This document shows positions 54,465-64,000 of a stretch of 64,000 nucleotides of DNA, piece by piece (position 1 is the first letter of the stretch; each line of letters starts with the position of its first letter). Origin of the DNA: an uncultured bacterium. GTDB taxonomy: Bacteria; Patescibacteriota; Minisyncoccia; Phycocordibacterales; PALSA-1337. The notes under the pieces are model-generated. The model was not told where the DNA came from, did not search any database, and saw nothing but the letters and a program-made list of their open reading frames with translations. The stretch is taken from positions 257,526 to 321,525 of the forward strand of contig CAWKEA010000005.1 in assembly GCA_963848635.1 (NCBI GenBank), in the 5' to 3' direction. The position numbers and the translations under genes are program-made.

Positions 54465-55760
54465 TCATACACCGCTATAGGCCATAATAAAAGGTTACCG
54501 TAATTGAGTTCCAGATTTTGCCGATTTTTACGACATTTGGCTTCCGTGTTTCCTCTGCACATCATACAGAACTGTTCGTAGCCGTACAATTTCTTTTAAC
54601 AATACTGCTGGATTCAATTTGTCATGTTCCATGCGAAGCTTCTCTTTTACATCGTTGGATATTTTAGGATGTGCCAACACTCTCTGATAGGGCGTGAATG
54701 CTTTTTCAAACGTGCGTTTGTATGTAGCTCCGATTCTCACATTCTCGATCGTCCTCCTTGATGGAATGAAATGGTTTGTGTACGTATTCAAGACTTTGAA
54801 AAGATCGTTGAGCGCTTCGACAGCTTTGATGCAGTCGAGCCTCACGTATCCGACATATTTTCGAACGATATGGCCGTTCCTTTCCTCGACGTAAGCGTTG
54901 TCATTTTTCTTGTTCGGCCTGCTCCGCGTCAGCTTCACATTCGTCTCATCATTCCACCTCACCGTGTTCCAGTTGATGAACTCGCTGCCGGTATCAGAAT
55001 GATCGTGGATATGGGGAAAAGGTAGTAATCCCCTCAACTTTTTTCGGTTCTCGATCGTGGCCTGCTCGCCCTTGTTCCATTGCGCCCCAAGAAGGTTCCA
55101 ATACGTCGCCACGTCCGTAGAATTGAGCGTATACACCATATCTCCTCTCAAGGTGGATCCACAATGGACGACGGTATCGATTTGCTCATGGCCGGGATCC
55201 AGATCTTTCCATGGACCCATGAATACAGGAATGATGGTCTTTACGTTTGATGGCGATGTCGAAGAGAATCCCTGGCTTTTTCTTCTCGTCTTTTCAAACT
55301 CATGAACACGTCTCTTGACTGTACGTTCGCTCATAGAGAAGAGCTTGCCGGTAGCTTCATCGGAATGATTCCACGTGTCATCGCGCTTGAAGATATTCAC
55401 GTACTCGGAAATGACGGGGTGGAGCAATTCTCCGCAGAGTCCGTTCGAAGCATCAGAGACGTCTTTCAAGGCCGCAGTGACATCGGCGGTGTAGTACACA
55501 GCGCGACCGCGTTTTTCCTCCTCGCATGGGTCTTTGGTTTGCAGACGTCTGAACTTTCGGATGGCCGACTTTCTCGACATCTTGGAGACGTCGCAGACGA
55601 TATCTAAAATCTCTCCGCATCTTCTTCGGCCCCCGTTCTTTTGAATCCTTACCTTAAAGTATTCGTTTTTGTATCGCTCAAATATTTCTTTTTTTGTTTC
55701 CATGGTCATATGGAAACTACGGTAACCCTTTTATGGCCTATCCGTGTCCATTAGGGTATC
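54465..55760 (-). mobile_element. insertion sequence: DDE transposase flanked by ~35-bp imperfect inverted repeats
   Basis: Left IR (54466-54512) acaccgctATAGGCCATAATAAAAGGTTACCGTAATTGAGTTCC. The reverse complement of the right IR (55717-55760) is GGACACGGATAGGCCATAAAAGGGTTACCGTAGTTTCC. An extra IR-like copy TTTTCAATGGCCTATAACGTACAC lies at 55775-55800. Confidence 0.75.
54528..55709 (-). CDS. DDE-type transposase (integrase core domain; IS481/IS30-like)
   Basis: N-terminal HTH, then GHEQIDTVVHCG...(D)...HSDTGSEFIN (D)...VEERNGHI (E), the DDE triad pattern of retroviral-integrase-type transposases. Confidence 0.8.
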   Translation of the reverse strand: MTMETKKEIFERYKNEYFKVRIQKNGGRRRCGEILDIVCDVSKMSRKSAIRKFRRLQTKDPCEEEKRGRAVYYTADVTAALKDVSDASNGLCGELLHPVISEYVNIFKRDDTWNHSDEATGKLFSMSERTVKRRVHEFEKTRRKSQGFSSTSPSNVKTIIPVFMGPWKDLDPGHEQIDTVVHCGSTLRGDMVYTLNSTDVATYWNLLGAQWNKGEQATIENRKKLRGLLPFPHIHDHSDTGSEFINWNTVRWNDETNVKLTRSRPNKKNDNAYVEERNGHIVRKYVGYVRLDCIKAVEALNDLFKVLNTYTNHFIPSRRTIENVRIGATYKRTFEKAFTPYQRVLAHPKISNDVKEKLRMEHDKLNPAVLLKEIVRLRTVLYDVQRKHGSQMS

Positions 55761-55941
55761 TTTTTCAATGGCCTATAACGTACACTTGCATTCCTAGAAG
55801 AATTGTTGTACACTCTCATCAGTCTGCACTTTCGCTGTCCCTTAGGGTTGGGCACAGTAGGCTTGCCTTGCGACACAACTTGGACAGCGACCCCCGGTTG
55901 TGCCGCCCTTCTGAGCGTTGCCGGTGACCGCGTATAAGCCT

Positions 55942-55985
55942 ATATCACTGAAGAGCCGGGACATCTCTGTCTCGGCTCTTTTTAT
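55942..55985 (+). terminator. rho-independent terminator (GAGCCGGGACA-TCTC-TGTCTCGGCTC + T5)
   Basis: gagccgggacatctctgtctcggctcttttt. A GC-rich structured segment lies upstream (55860-55940). Confidence 0.6.
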
Positions 55986-56270
55986 TGTCGCTCAAAAAGG
56001 GCATAATACCCAAATATCGTGGCATGAAACCAGACTTCTGTAGCTTGGTTAAGGTGTAGAAGTGTGATAGCTACAAGAAAATGCTTCAAATAAATGATCT
56101 CTGATTGCTTGAGAGGTTCAATATTCTCCGCCATATAATGCCCTTTGTATGGTGTGGATATGCACGATTGACAAGACGTAGTTATCCATGCTATGATAGC
56201 GCCAGACGCTCCGATACTGATCGACAGCGCAATAACAAACAAAAAAACAACCAACGAAAGTGAGTTCTCT

Positions 56271-56561
56271 ATGATCGTGCTTGCACTTCTGTCTCCCACC
56301 ATCTATTTCATCGTGCGGAAGAAAATTGGCATGGCTGTGGTAACCTCTGTTCTATTTTGGGTCGGCCTCACACTTATGTTTTTTATCGTCCCCCTCGTGC
56401 TTTTCTGGATTGCCGCGAGGGTCTTGTCGGTAAAACATCTGATGAACGAACGCCGGCGCAAAGAGAGCGTTCGTCTGACTGAATATGGCGCAAAGTTGGT
56501 CGGCGAAGAAGTCGGCCGGCAACTTCGTCAGGCATCGGCCGGCAGTCATCCAATTGACTGA
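56271..56561 (+). CDS. hypothetical small membrane protein
   Basis: Promoter TTGACA (56169)-N18-TATGAT (56193) upstream. Start chosen at MIVLALLSPTIYF. Two TM helices. Strong terminator at 56588-56632 (CCCTCGAAGCC...GGCTTCGGGG + T7). Confidence 0.5.
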   Translation: MIVLALLSPTIYFIVRKKIGMAVVTSVLFWVGLTLMFFIVPLVLFWIAARVLSVKHLMNERRRKESVRLTEYGAKLVGEEVGRQLRQASAGSHPID

Positions 56562-57336
56562 TCCATATGCAGGATGAATGCACTCTACTAACCCCTCGAA
56601 GCCCGTCACAGCGGCTTCGGGGAGTTTTTTTATTTTCTGATTATAACAAGCACAGGGCCTTGTCCGCAGACCGACAGTTACCCCCAAATATAAGCAGTAC
56701 GCACCGGTTTGTGACGACGCCGTTTGAATAATCGGAAGCGATGGTTTGCAAAACTCCTTTTTCTCTATCGTGCAAGACGACGCGATTCCATTCGGCCGAT
56801 CCAATAGTGTCTGTTCCACTGGCAACTTTTTTTGACTCTGCCATACCTCGATTAAGAGACTCGGTGTTTTCAGTTATCCGCGGAGTCATGTTGGCCTCGA
56901 CTGCGAGAAATAGGCCATCGTTCATATCCATCACGTTTTCGCCGAAGCGAGACCGCACAGGAAAAGCTAGGAAGTGCTGATAGAACTGGATCATCCTCGC
57001 ACCGCTATTGGAGTTCCTGTTGTCGGGGTTGTTCCAGTTGAACCTGACCTTGCGGTTGTCCGGATTCCAATTGCCGTTCGCGACATTGCCGTCGGAGAGA
57101 CCGTGTTAATGCCTCACTTCGTCCATGTCACCGGTAATGGAGAACAACAATATGCTCAACATATTCCTGAGTTATCACGCGGTAAAGCGTGCATAGTATA
57201 AAATGAGGCACGCAATTTCTTTTTTCGCGGCAAATTGCTGTTGCGCTTTTACGCGGAACCAATTTCAGAGCCGTAGAAAAAATATATATGAAAGTGGCAC
57301 AGAGACAAGCTCTGCGCCACGGTGAGGGAACAAGGT

Positions 57337-58152
57337 TCAAGGTTTGAGGGAAACAGACATTGCCACACGGGCACCGCCATTGGAGCCCCTGTCGTCGGGG
57401 CCGTTCCAGTTGAACCTGACCTCGCGGTCGTCCGGACGCCAATGGCCGCCCGCGACGTAGCCGTCGGAGAGACGATCCTCGGGAAACCACGTGTAGGTCT
57501 CGGCATCAAGAAAGTCCTTTGAGACGAAGTGGCGGAGACCAAAGGCCAGTGCATAACCGCGTAATTTCAGGAACAACTTACCAGTTTTACGGAGCTGATT
57601 CGGTGAGAGACCCATCGTGTCGGCCGTAGGTCGCAGAGAATTTTCAATGAGATGAAGCGTCGGCTTGTCGGAGGCTTCCGAACCGCTGTAGTTCATAACA
57701 TCGACTCCTTCCCAGACTTTCAGGCCTTGATCTTGAAGGACATCTTTGATCACACTGCGGTTGGTCATCCTGCCGGGGATAAAGACTGGCAAGATGTTCT
57801 TCCATGGAAGTTCCTCAGGAAGCACGAACAGCTTCCGAAGATCAATCGTGGCACCAAAGACAGCTTTGGCATATTCCTCGGTCTTCCCCAACATGACATC
57901 AAGGTCGGTGTCCGATGCTTTGAAGAGCGTCGGCGGAACCGCGACAGGAGCTTCCTACACCGGGATGATGAAGCCGCGGCGGATGGCCGTCGGAAGTTCA
58001 TCAAGATGATGTTCGTAATATTCGATCAATTCCTCGGTAAGGACATCCGCGAAATTCGCGGCGGCCTTGCAACCGAGATTGCAGGCACGTTTGACTAAGG
58101 GTGTGTTCAACATATGAACGTTTCCTTTCTTTGTTTTATTTGTTGTTTTCAA
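57337..58152 (-). pseudogene. hypothetical protein split by an in-frame TAG (57955-57957); a C-terminal segment is duplicated at 56990-57100
   Basis: ORFs 57955..58152 and 57337..57894 are in the same frame, separated only by TAG (...RRGFIIPV*EAPVAVPPTLFKASDTDLDVMLGKTEEY...). The C-terminal ...DGYVAGGHWRPDDREVRFNWNGPDDRGSNGG has an ~85%-identical DNA copy upstream of ORF 56641..56994. Confidence 0.4.
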
Positions 58153-58624
58153 AAGCTTTGTGCTCTGCCAGTAGGCTGCACTCCGCTGTACTGTTTACCG
58201 TGGTATTATACCATACCTATATAATTAAAGTCAATAGCGACAGAAAACAGCCCCCGGATGTGCGTAGTGTGTCCGATTCGAAGAGATTTTCCGCTACCTG
58301 CGTATACCAGTCTTTCTTAGAAAATTACCCACTAGGGTGAAAGAAACTGCATAGACAACAAACAAGACTATTTTCAACGGATACCAAAAAGAACACGACC
58401 ATTGAGCAGGCGTCCGACACTTCAATGCACGAAGTTGTTAAGGATTTGATAAAACTTTCAGAACTACTGAAACACGGCTCTACATATTACGAATTGGCTA
58501 ATTCCAGAGAAAAAGAGGAAATTATGAGAATAATCTTTTCAGAACTTTCTGTTTCCGGAAATATCCTTACGTACAAATGTAAAAACGGCTTCAAGGCTCT
58601 AGAAAGTCGTTTTAATCATTCTTG

Positions 58625-58696
58625 TATCCCCACGTGGAATCGAACCACGATCTCGAGCTTCGGAGGCCCGCGCTCTATCCGTTGAGCTATGAGGAC
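58625..58696 (-). tRNA. tRNA-Arg (anticodon CCG)
   Basis: Reverse complement gives GTCCTCA-TA-GCTC-AACGGATA-GAGC-G-CGGGC-CTCCGAA-GCTCG-AGAT-CGTGG-TTCGATT-CCACG-TGGGGAT-A. The acceptor stem pairs 7 of 7 (2 GU), the T-loop is TTCGATT, the anticodon loop CT-CCG-AA. No encoded CCA. Confidence 0.85.
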
Positions 58697-58718
58697 GAAT
58701 CGGCTATACTTGTCCATT

Positions 58719-59369
58719 ATGCCACTAAAACAGGATACCACGAACGTCCCTCGGCCAGCGCATCTGCCCGACAAGGACGGCTATTGTTATCTCGGGCACA
58801 GCACTCTCTATTATCTGCTTTTAAAGTACGGCTTCCCCGCCATCATCCTTTTCCTTGTTGAATTGATCCTGCTCGCCGCGGCGGCTGGAGGAAATGTTCT
58901 GCCGCCATTCTCGGAATGGGTCTCTTCATCCGCGGGCTTTGCCGAGGCAGTCCATGTGGCCGCTGGCGTGATCCCTCTCGTCATCTTCGCGACTGTTGTC
59001 TTTGCTTTCGTCATGGCCTACGGATGGTACTGGTCGTTCCGCTACAAATTAGAGGACAATGACCTCTCTTTTGAACAGGGCCTCATCAGCAGACAGGAAA
59101 TCTCGATACCTTTCCGTCAAATTCAGAATGCCGATATCGAACAGAGCATTCTCTATAGGATATTTGGCCTTGCCGATCTTGTGATATTGAATTCAGGGCA
59201 CGAAGACCCGCAAAGCGCGACGAAAAACGAGAGCGAGATCATTATGCCAGCATTGAATATACAAGAGGCGCGCCGCCTCCAGGAATATCTGCTCGATAGA
59301 GCCAACGTGCAAAAAGTAGTCTCTGTCAGTCCCGACACCGAGCCGCCGGTTCCGCCGCCTTTCCAATGA
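58719..59369 (+). CDS. membrane protein with bacterial PH (bPH_2/YdbS-like) domain
   Basis: Start chosen at MPLKQDTT to avoid overlapping the tRNA. Two TM helices flank ...WYWSFRYKLEDNDLSFEQGLISRQEISIPFRQIQNADIEQSILYRIFGLADLVI (bPH_2-like). Confidence 0.6.
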   Translation: MPLKQDTTNVPRPAHLPDKDGYCYLGHSTLYYLLLKYGFPAIILFLVELILLAAAAGGNVLPPFSEWVSSSAGFAEAVHVAAGVIPLVIFATVVFAFVMAYGWYWSFRYKLEDNDLSFEQGLISRQEISIPFRQIQNADIEQSILYRIFGLADLVILNSGHEDPQSATKNESEIIMPALNIQEARRLQEYLLDRANVQKVVSVSPDTEPPVPPPFQ

Positions 59370-59767
59370 GAAAATTAAAAAAATCGAGCGAATTGTATGT
59401 TGTAAAGAAAAAATAATATTTTTTTTCAAGAAAAAAAGGAAAAATTACCGAAATAAACAAAAAAAATAGTTTGACGTCGTTCGCTTTTTGATTTTAATTT
59501 TAAAAAACCACGTCAAAGCGCGCCTGAACTGCTGTGTTTTTCCGCCTTGAACTTTTTTCATAAAAAAAAATCGAAAATCCCCCACTTATCCACAACGATT
59601 TTCGAACTCATCCCACTGTTCCTTGTTATACTGGGCTTCACAAATTATTATGACAAATGAGAAGCATGTGAGAACGTATTCATTATCACAATGTTCGATG
59701 ATTCAGTAGAATCACCTACTGGGTTGCAGTCATAAGAAAGTAAACTTTATCACTTAATTTAACACCC

Positions 59768-62086
59768 ATGACACCAAAAAAGAAGCCCTTGCTTGCAAAA
59801 CCAGCCGTAAAAAATATCCAAAAGAGAGACGGGACGATCGTTCCCTTCGATAAGAACAAGATCACATCGGCCGTCGAGAAGGCGATGAGAGCTGCGGGCG
59901 AAGGCAGTCATGGCGATGCGGAAAAAGTCGCCGGAAACGTCATGAAGGAGATCGCGAAGATCACTTCAAAGTATAGAAATTTCGTTCCAGCGGTCGAAGG
60001 CGTGCAGGATATCGTAGAAAAACAGCTCATTATGAGCGAACACGCGAAAACGGCCAAGCATTACATCCTTTACCGCGACGAGCGGTCTCGCATCAGGTCA
60101 AAAGGCTTGCAGGTCCCGCCAAAAGTCAGGAAATTGGCCGAGGATAGCAAGAATTATTTCCGCAATCCGCTCGGAGAGTTCGTCTACTATCGCACCTATT
60201 CAAAATGGATCGATAGCGAAGGCCGCCGTGAGACATGGATTGAGACAGTCGACCGTTATATATCGTTCATGAAAGAAAATCTCGGCGACAAATTGAGCGA
60301 AAAAGAGTACGCCGAAGTCCGCGAAGGGATACTGAAACAAGAAGCCATGCCTTCGATGAGGCTCCTGCAGTTTGCTGGAAAAGCGACGGCTTCGACGAAT
60401 GTCTGCGCGTACAATTGTTCGTTCACCGCTCCGGAAAAATTCCAGGACTTGGCCGAGATCATGTACATATCTATGTGCGGAGCCGGCGTCGGTTTCGCGG
60501 TCGAAAGCCGGAACGTGCAAAAATTCCCGCAGATCAAAACGCAGACGGGCAAAAAATTGCCGACTCATGTCATACCCGACAGCAAAGAAGGCTGGGCCGA
60601 CTCGCTTGTCATCGGCATGGAGGCCTGGGCCGAAGGCAGAGACATCGAGTTCGATTTCTCGCTGTTGCGCCCATCCGGCGCGCGCTTGAAGACGATGGGC
60701 GGAAAATCTTCGGGCCCAGACCCATTACGCCGTCTGCTTTCTTTCACCAGAAAAGTCATGCTATCCCGTCAGGGCAAACGCATGCGCAATATCGATCTTC
60801 ACGATATCATCTGCACGATCGCTGATTGCGTCGTAGCAGGAGGCGTGAGGCGGAGCGCCATGATATCTTTGTCCGATTTGGACGATGTAGATATCCGCGA
60901 TGCAAAAATGGGCGCTTTTTATACCACTGAACCACAAAGAATGTTGGCAAACAACTCGGCAGTATACATACAAAAGCCCTCAAACACTGAATTCATGGAA
61001 GAATGGATGGCCCTCATGAAATCTGGTTCGGGTGAGCGAGGCATATTCAACCGAGGTTCACTCGCAAATACTCTGCCTGAAAGGCGCGTCAAATTGCTCA
61101 GAGAAAAGCATCCTGATTATTTCGACGCGGATCAAAAGACCATTATCGGCTACATGGGCACGAATCCATGTGGCGAGATCATCCTCCAACCAAAGCAGTT
61201 CTGCAATCTTTCCGAAGTGGTGGCCCGTTCAGAAGACACTGTGGCGACGCTCACACGCAAGATCCGTCTGGCAACCATCATCGGTACATATCAATCGAGC
61301 TTGGTCCATTTCCCTTACCTTTCAAAGGAATGGAAGGAGCACTGCGAAGAAGAGCGCCTCCTCGGCGTCTCGATCACCGGTCAATGGGATTCGCCCGTAG
61401 TGCGTTCCCCGAAGATCTTGTCGAAATTGCGCGAAGAGGCTCTCAAGGTGAACCGCGAATATGCCAAAAAATTCGGCATAAACGCCTCTGCTTGCATCAC
61501 CTGCGTCAAGCCTTCTGGCACGCTCTCCCAAACCGTCGACTGTTCGTCAGGCATGCATCCGCGACATGCTCCATACTATATACGCCGCATCCGCATATCA
61601 GCTACCGATTCCCTCTTTAAAATGCTTCGTGATCAGGGCGTGCCATATCATCCAGAAGTCGGCCAGAGCGCGGAGAATGCGACGACGTATGTCCTCGAAT
61701 TCCCCATCGCCTCGCCTCCAGGCTCCATCTATCGCGACAGCATCACGGCGCTCGACCAGCTCGAGCATTGGAAGATCGTAAAGAACAACTATACGGATCA
61801 CAATCCGTCGGTGACCGTCTCTGTCAGCGAGAATGAATGGATCGCAGTCGCTGATTGGATCTACAGGAATTGGGATATCGCCGGCGGACTCTCGTTCCTT
61901 CCTCGCGACAACCATGTCTACCAGCTCGCTCCCTATGAAGCGATCGACGAAAAGACCTACCTCGAGCTCTCTCGCAGGCTCGCGCACATCGACTATTCAA
62001 AGATCATGACGTACGAAAAGACCGATGAGATCGATGTAAAAAAAGAATTAGCTTGCGTCGGTAATGTGTGCGAGATAGCGCTATAA
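59768..62086 (+). CDS. ribonucleotide reductase with N-terminal ATP-cone (class II/NrdJ-like active site NPCGEI)
   Basis: ATP-cone VKNIQKRDGTIVPFDKNKITSAVEKAM. Catalytic TNPCGEIILQP. C-terminal redox cysteines ...ELACVGNVCEIAL. Confidence 0.75.
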   Translation: MTPKKKPLLAKPAVKNIQKRDGTIVPFDKNKITSAVEKAMRAAGEGSHGDAEKVAGNVMKEIAKITSKYRNFVPAVEGVQDIVEKQLIMSEHAKTAKHYILYRDERSRIRSKGLQVPPKVRKLAEDSKNYFRNPLGEFVYYRTYSKWIDSEGRRETWIETVDRYISFMKENLGDKLSEKEYAEVREGILKQEAMPSMRLLQFAGKATASTNVCAYNCSFTAPEKFQDLAEIMYISMCGAGVGFAVESRNVQKFPQIKTQTGKKLPTHVIPDSKEGWADSLVIGMEAWAEGRDIEFDFSLLRPSGARLKTMGGKSSGPDPLRRLLSFTRKVMLSRQGKRMRNIDLHDIICTIADCVVAGGVRRSAMISLSDLDDVDIRDAKMGAFYTTEPQRMLANNSAVYIQKPSNTEFMEEWMALMKSGSGERGIFNRGSLANTLPERRVKLLREKHPDYFDADQKTIIGYMGTNPCGEIILQPKQFCNLSEVVARSEDTVATLTRKIRLATIIGTYQSSLVHFPYLSKEWKEHCEEERLLGVSITGQWDSPVVRSPKILSKLREEALKVNREYAKKFGINASACITCVKPSGTLSQTVDCSSGMHPRHAPYYIRRIRISATDSLFKMLRDQGVPYHPEVGQSAENATTYVLEFPIASPPGSIYRDSITALDQLEHWKIVKNNYTDHNPSVTVSVSENEWIAVADWIYRNWDIAGGLSFLPRDNHVYQLAPYEAIDEKTYLELSRRLAHIDYSKIMTYEKTDEIDVKKELACVGNVCEIAL

Positions 62087-62148
62087 AACTTGGTTTTAGA
62101 AAAATTTAATTAAAGAAAAAGCCGCACGAGAGATGATGGTGCGGTTTT

Positions 62149-62919
62149 TTAGTTCAAAATCGGAAGTTTTTTCTTCAAATCAAGAAGCTTCTTTTTTAAT
62201 TCCTGGTCAGCGAGCGTCACCGTACCATACTTCTCATCTGGTACACGAAACAATTTCCAGAAAAGCTCATAAATATCAGCTTCTTCTTGAGGTTTAAGTT
62301 TGAACTTTTCCTCCCTCCTGCGCGTCAGTTCGGTCTCAATATTGCCGCCATTATACTTTTGCCGTTCAAAAAATGCCTCTATATCAAGTGGCATCGGATT
62401 CTTGATGTCAATTCCATACTTTTCATAAATATCTGTGAGAATCTGGCTTTGATCTCCAAAAGGGGTTACCGCACCTTTGTCCAGCTCTCGTTTGAAGGTC
62501 TCTTGCCAATGCTCCATATCATATTCTCTGAATTTTTCGGCAATAAGGCATCCGAGAAGCGTATCGTCGAAGAGTTGATGGAAGAACTTTTTAAGATTTT
62601 CTTCTTGATTGTCAACTGATTTTAAAACTTCGTCCTCTGTTGAAATTGATTGTATCGGCTCTGAAGCCGGAACGACGGCATGATTTTGTGCTTCTAATTC
62701 AGGACGTGATACTGCTCGTAGATCTTGTTTCAACTCCCCTATTTTTTTATTGAGAGAATTTATTTCATCCGGCGATAATTTCTCGATATTTTCAGAGCTT
62801 AGGTCAAAAGAGCCAAGCTCTGAAATAAGCCGTTGTTGTTCTTTTAACCGTTCTCTTTCAGCTTCGTTGTTTTCTTCATTCTCTGGATTTACACCAAAAA
62901 ACTTCTCAAATATGCTCAT
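62149..62919 (-). CDS. hypothetical coiled-coil protein (256 aa)
   Basis: Long charged helical ORF with no diagnostic motif. Confidence 0.45.
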   Translation of the reverse strand: MSIFEKFFGVNPENEENNEAERERLKEQQRLISELGSFDLSSENIEKLSPDEINSLNKKIGELKQDLRAVSRPELEAQNHAVVPASEPIQSISTEDEVLKSVDNQEENLKKFFHQLFDDTLLGCLIAEKFREYDMEHWQETFKRELDKGAVTPFGDQSQILTDIYEKYGIDIKNPMPLDIEAFFERQKYNGGNIETELTRRREEKFKLKPQEEADIYELFWKLFRVPDEKYGTVTLADQELKKKLLDLKKKLPILN

Positions 62920-62958
62920 AAATAAATTATATCATAAGGCAGTTTCTACTTCCCGAGC

Positions 62959-64000
62959 TTATCCATTCAATTTCTCCTCGATCTCCATCAACCTGTTATA
63001 TTTGCACGATCTCTCACTACGGATGAGCGAGCCGGACTTTATGTATTCGCACGAGAGGCCGACTGCAAGGTCGGCGATGAATGTGTCAATCGTCTCCCCG
63101 GAGCGATGTGAGATGAACGGGATCCAGCCCTGCTTTTTTGTCAGCTGGATAGCCTCGATCGTCTCGGTCAATGAACCGATCTGATTCACCTTGATGAGGA
63201 CCGAGTTGATCGCTTTCTTTTCGACAGCTATCTGTATCCTCTTTACATTCGTCACAGTCAAATCATCGCCCACGATCGTCACTTTGTCGCCAAGCTGAGC
63301 TGTCAGGTTTGCAAAGCCATCCCAATCGTCTTCGGCAACGCCGTCTTCGATAGAGATGATAGGATATTTTTTAACGAGGCCTTCGTACCAGCCGACCATC
63401 TGCGCGCTCGTCATCTCTTTTTTCTTGCCCGCGATCCGCAAATGATACGCTCCTTCTTCAAAAAAACTCGACGCGGCGGCGTCTATGCCGATCTTGACGT
63501 TGTCCGTAGAGTATCCGGCGTCTTGTATCGCTTGAACGATCACATCAAGGCCTTCTTCGTTCGAACCGAGCTGTGGCGCGAAGCCTCCTTCGTCGCCGAC
63601 AGAGATGACGTCTCCTTTGCCCTTTAATATCTTTTTCAAGGAAGAGATGATTTCAGCGCCTGCGCGGACTTTTTCCTTGAATATGCTTATCCCTTCTGGT
63701 ATAAGCATGAATTCCTGGATATCGAGCCCGCTATCCGCATGCTTGCCGCCATTGATGATATTAAAAGCCGGATGAGGCAATTTGAAATCTTTATTGCCTG
63801 CGAGATCGCCGAGATGTTCATAGAGCTCGATGCCCTTTTCATGTGCATGTGCTTTGGCGAAGGCCAGAGAAACGCCAAGAATGGCGTTCGCCCCGAGCTT
63901 TGATTTGTTCGGCGTGCCATCGAGCTCGATCATGGCTTCATCGAGAGATTTTTGGTCGAATTCTTTGCCTTGCACGAGCCCGCTTATCTCAACGTTGACG
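62959..64000 (-). CDS. eno: enolase (partial; N-terminus beyond window end)
   Basis: ...IELDGTPNKSKLGANAILGVSLAFAKA...INGGKHAD...GDEGGFAP...IKVNQIGSLTETIEAI...SHRSGETIDTFIADLAV. The frame continues open to position 64000. Confidence 0.92.
   Translation of the reverse strand, partial: VNVEISGLVQGKEFDQKSLDEAMIELDGTPNKSKLGANAILGVSLAFAKAHAHEKGIELYEHLGDLAGNKDFKLPHPAFNIINGGKHADSGLDIQEFMLIPEGISIFKEKVRAGAEIISSLKKILKGKGDVISVGDEGGFAPQLGSNEEGLDVIVQAIQDAGYSTDNVKIGIDAAASSFFEEGAYHLRIAGKKKEMTSAQMVGWYEGLVKKYPIISIEDGVAEDDWDGFANLTAQLGDKVTIVGDDLTVTNVKRIQIAVEKKAINSVLIKVNQIGSLTETIEAIQLTKKQGWIPFISHRSGETIDTFIADLAVGLSCEYIKSGSLIRSERSCKYNRLMEIEEKLNG

Noticed and set aside
55982-56302. 106-aa minus ORF
   Set aside because: It overlaps the promoter and start of the better-supported plus-strand membrane-protein gene (promoter and terminator identified), and has no motif.
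59370-59767. Cobalamin riboswitch or NrdR boxes upstream of the ribonucleotide reductase
   Set aside because: The region is extremely AT-rich. I found no B12-box (rAGYCMGgAgaCCkGCc) or palindromic NrdR box (acaCwAtATaTwGtgt). Only a TATACT -10-like hexamer is present.

Overview
The window reads as a compact, mostly minus-strand-coded bacterial chromosome segment. Its features (a 16S rRNA gene carrying a large intron-like insertion and not followed by 23S, many large S/T-rich surface proteins with peptidoglycan-binding domains, tightly packed small housekeeping genes) fit a Candidate Phyla Radiation / Patescibacteria-type organism; that assignment is inference.

Housekeeping genes I can support from motifs: obg (partial), ftsK, recA, efp, rpsR-ssb-rpsF, tatD, metG, an AI-2E transporter, an M16 peptidase, glyQS, glmS, recO, ileS, argS, dut, rplK-nusG-secE, a SIMPL protein, folD, an rlmI-like methyltransferase, VKOR+DsbA, rlmH, tRNA-Arg(CCG), a class-II-like ribonucleotide reductase, and eno (partial).

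The accessory content worth a second look:
1. A 16S rRNA gene with a ~875-nt intron-like insertion that still carries a degenerate LAGLIDADG ORF, and an atypical 3' end.
2. An IleRS with a ~200-aa histidine-phosphatase (RHG) domain inserted in-frame.
3. A pyrimidine-nucleotide operon: dut, a ParB/Srx-like protein, a two-domain cytidine deaminase, an 807-aa protein with a C-terminal thymidylate-synthase fold, and a HAD hydrolase.
4. An identical in-frame heptanucleotide repeat (TTTTGAG)3-4 encoding KLKTQNSK inside three unrelated essential genes.
5. A four-helix-bundle ('23S rRNA IVS protein') gene flanked by 28-bp inverted repeats, fused onto the glyS stop codon.
6. A MazF/PemK-like toxin gene next to the rRNA promoter.
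7. A coiled-coil protein built from 11 perfect 21-bp tandem repeats, with a RecA-like N-terminus, directly upstream of recA.
8. An IS element (DDE transposase with inverted repeats) plus degraded and duplicated ORFs next to the tRNA-Arg gene.
9. A glyA 5' fragment, several structured intergenic RNA candidates, perfect palindromes, and a TGTCCTTTATA repeat array.

Several apparent frameshifts occur (glyQS, a COG1373 ATPase, a membrane/IPT protein) plus one in-frame TAG. These may be assembly errors or genuine pseudogenes.
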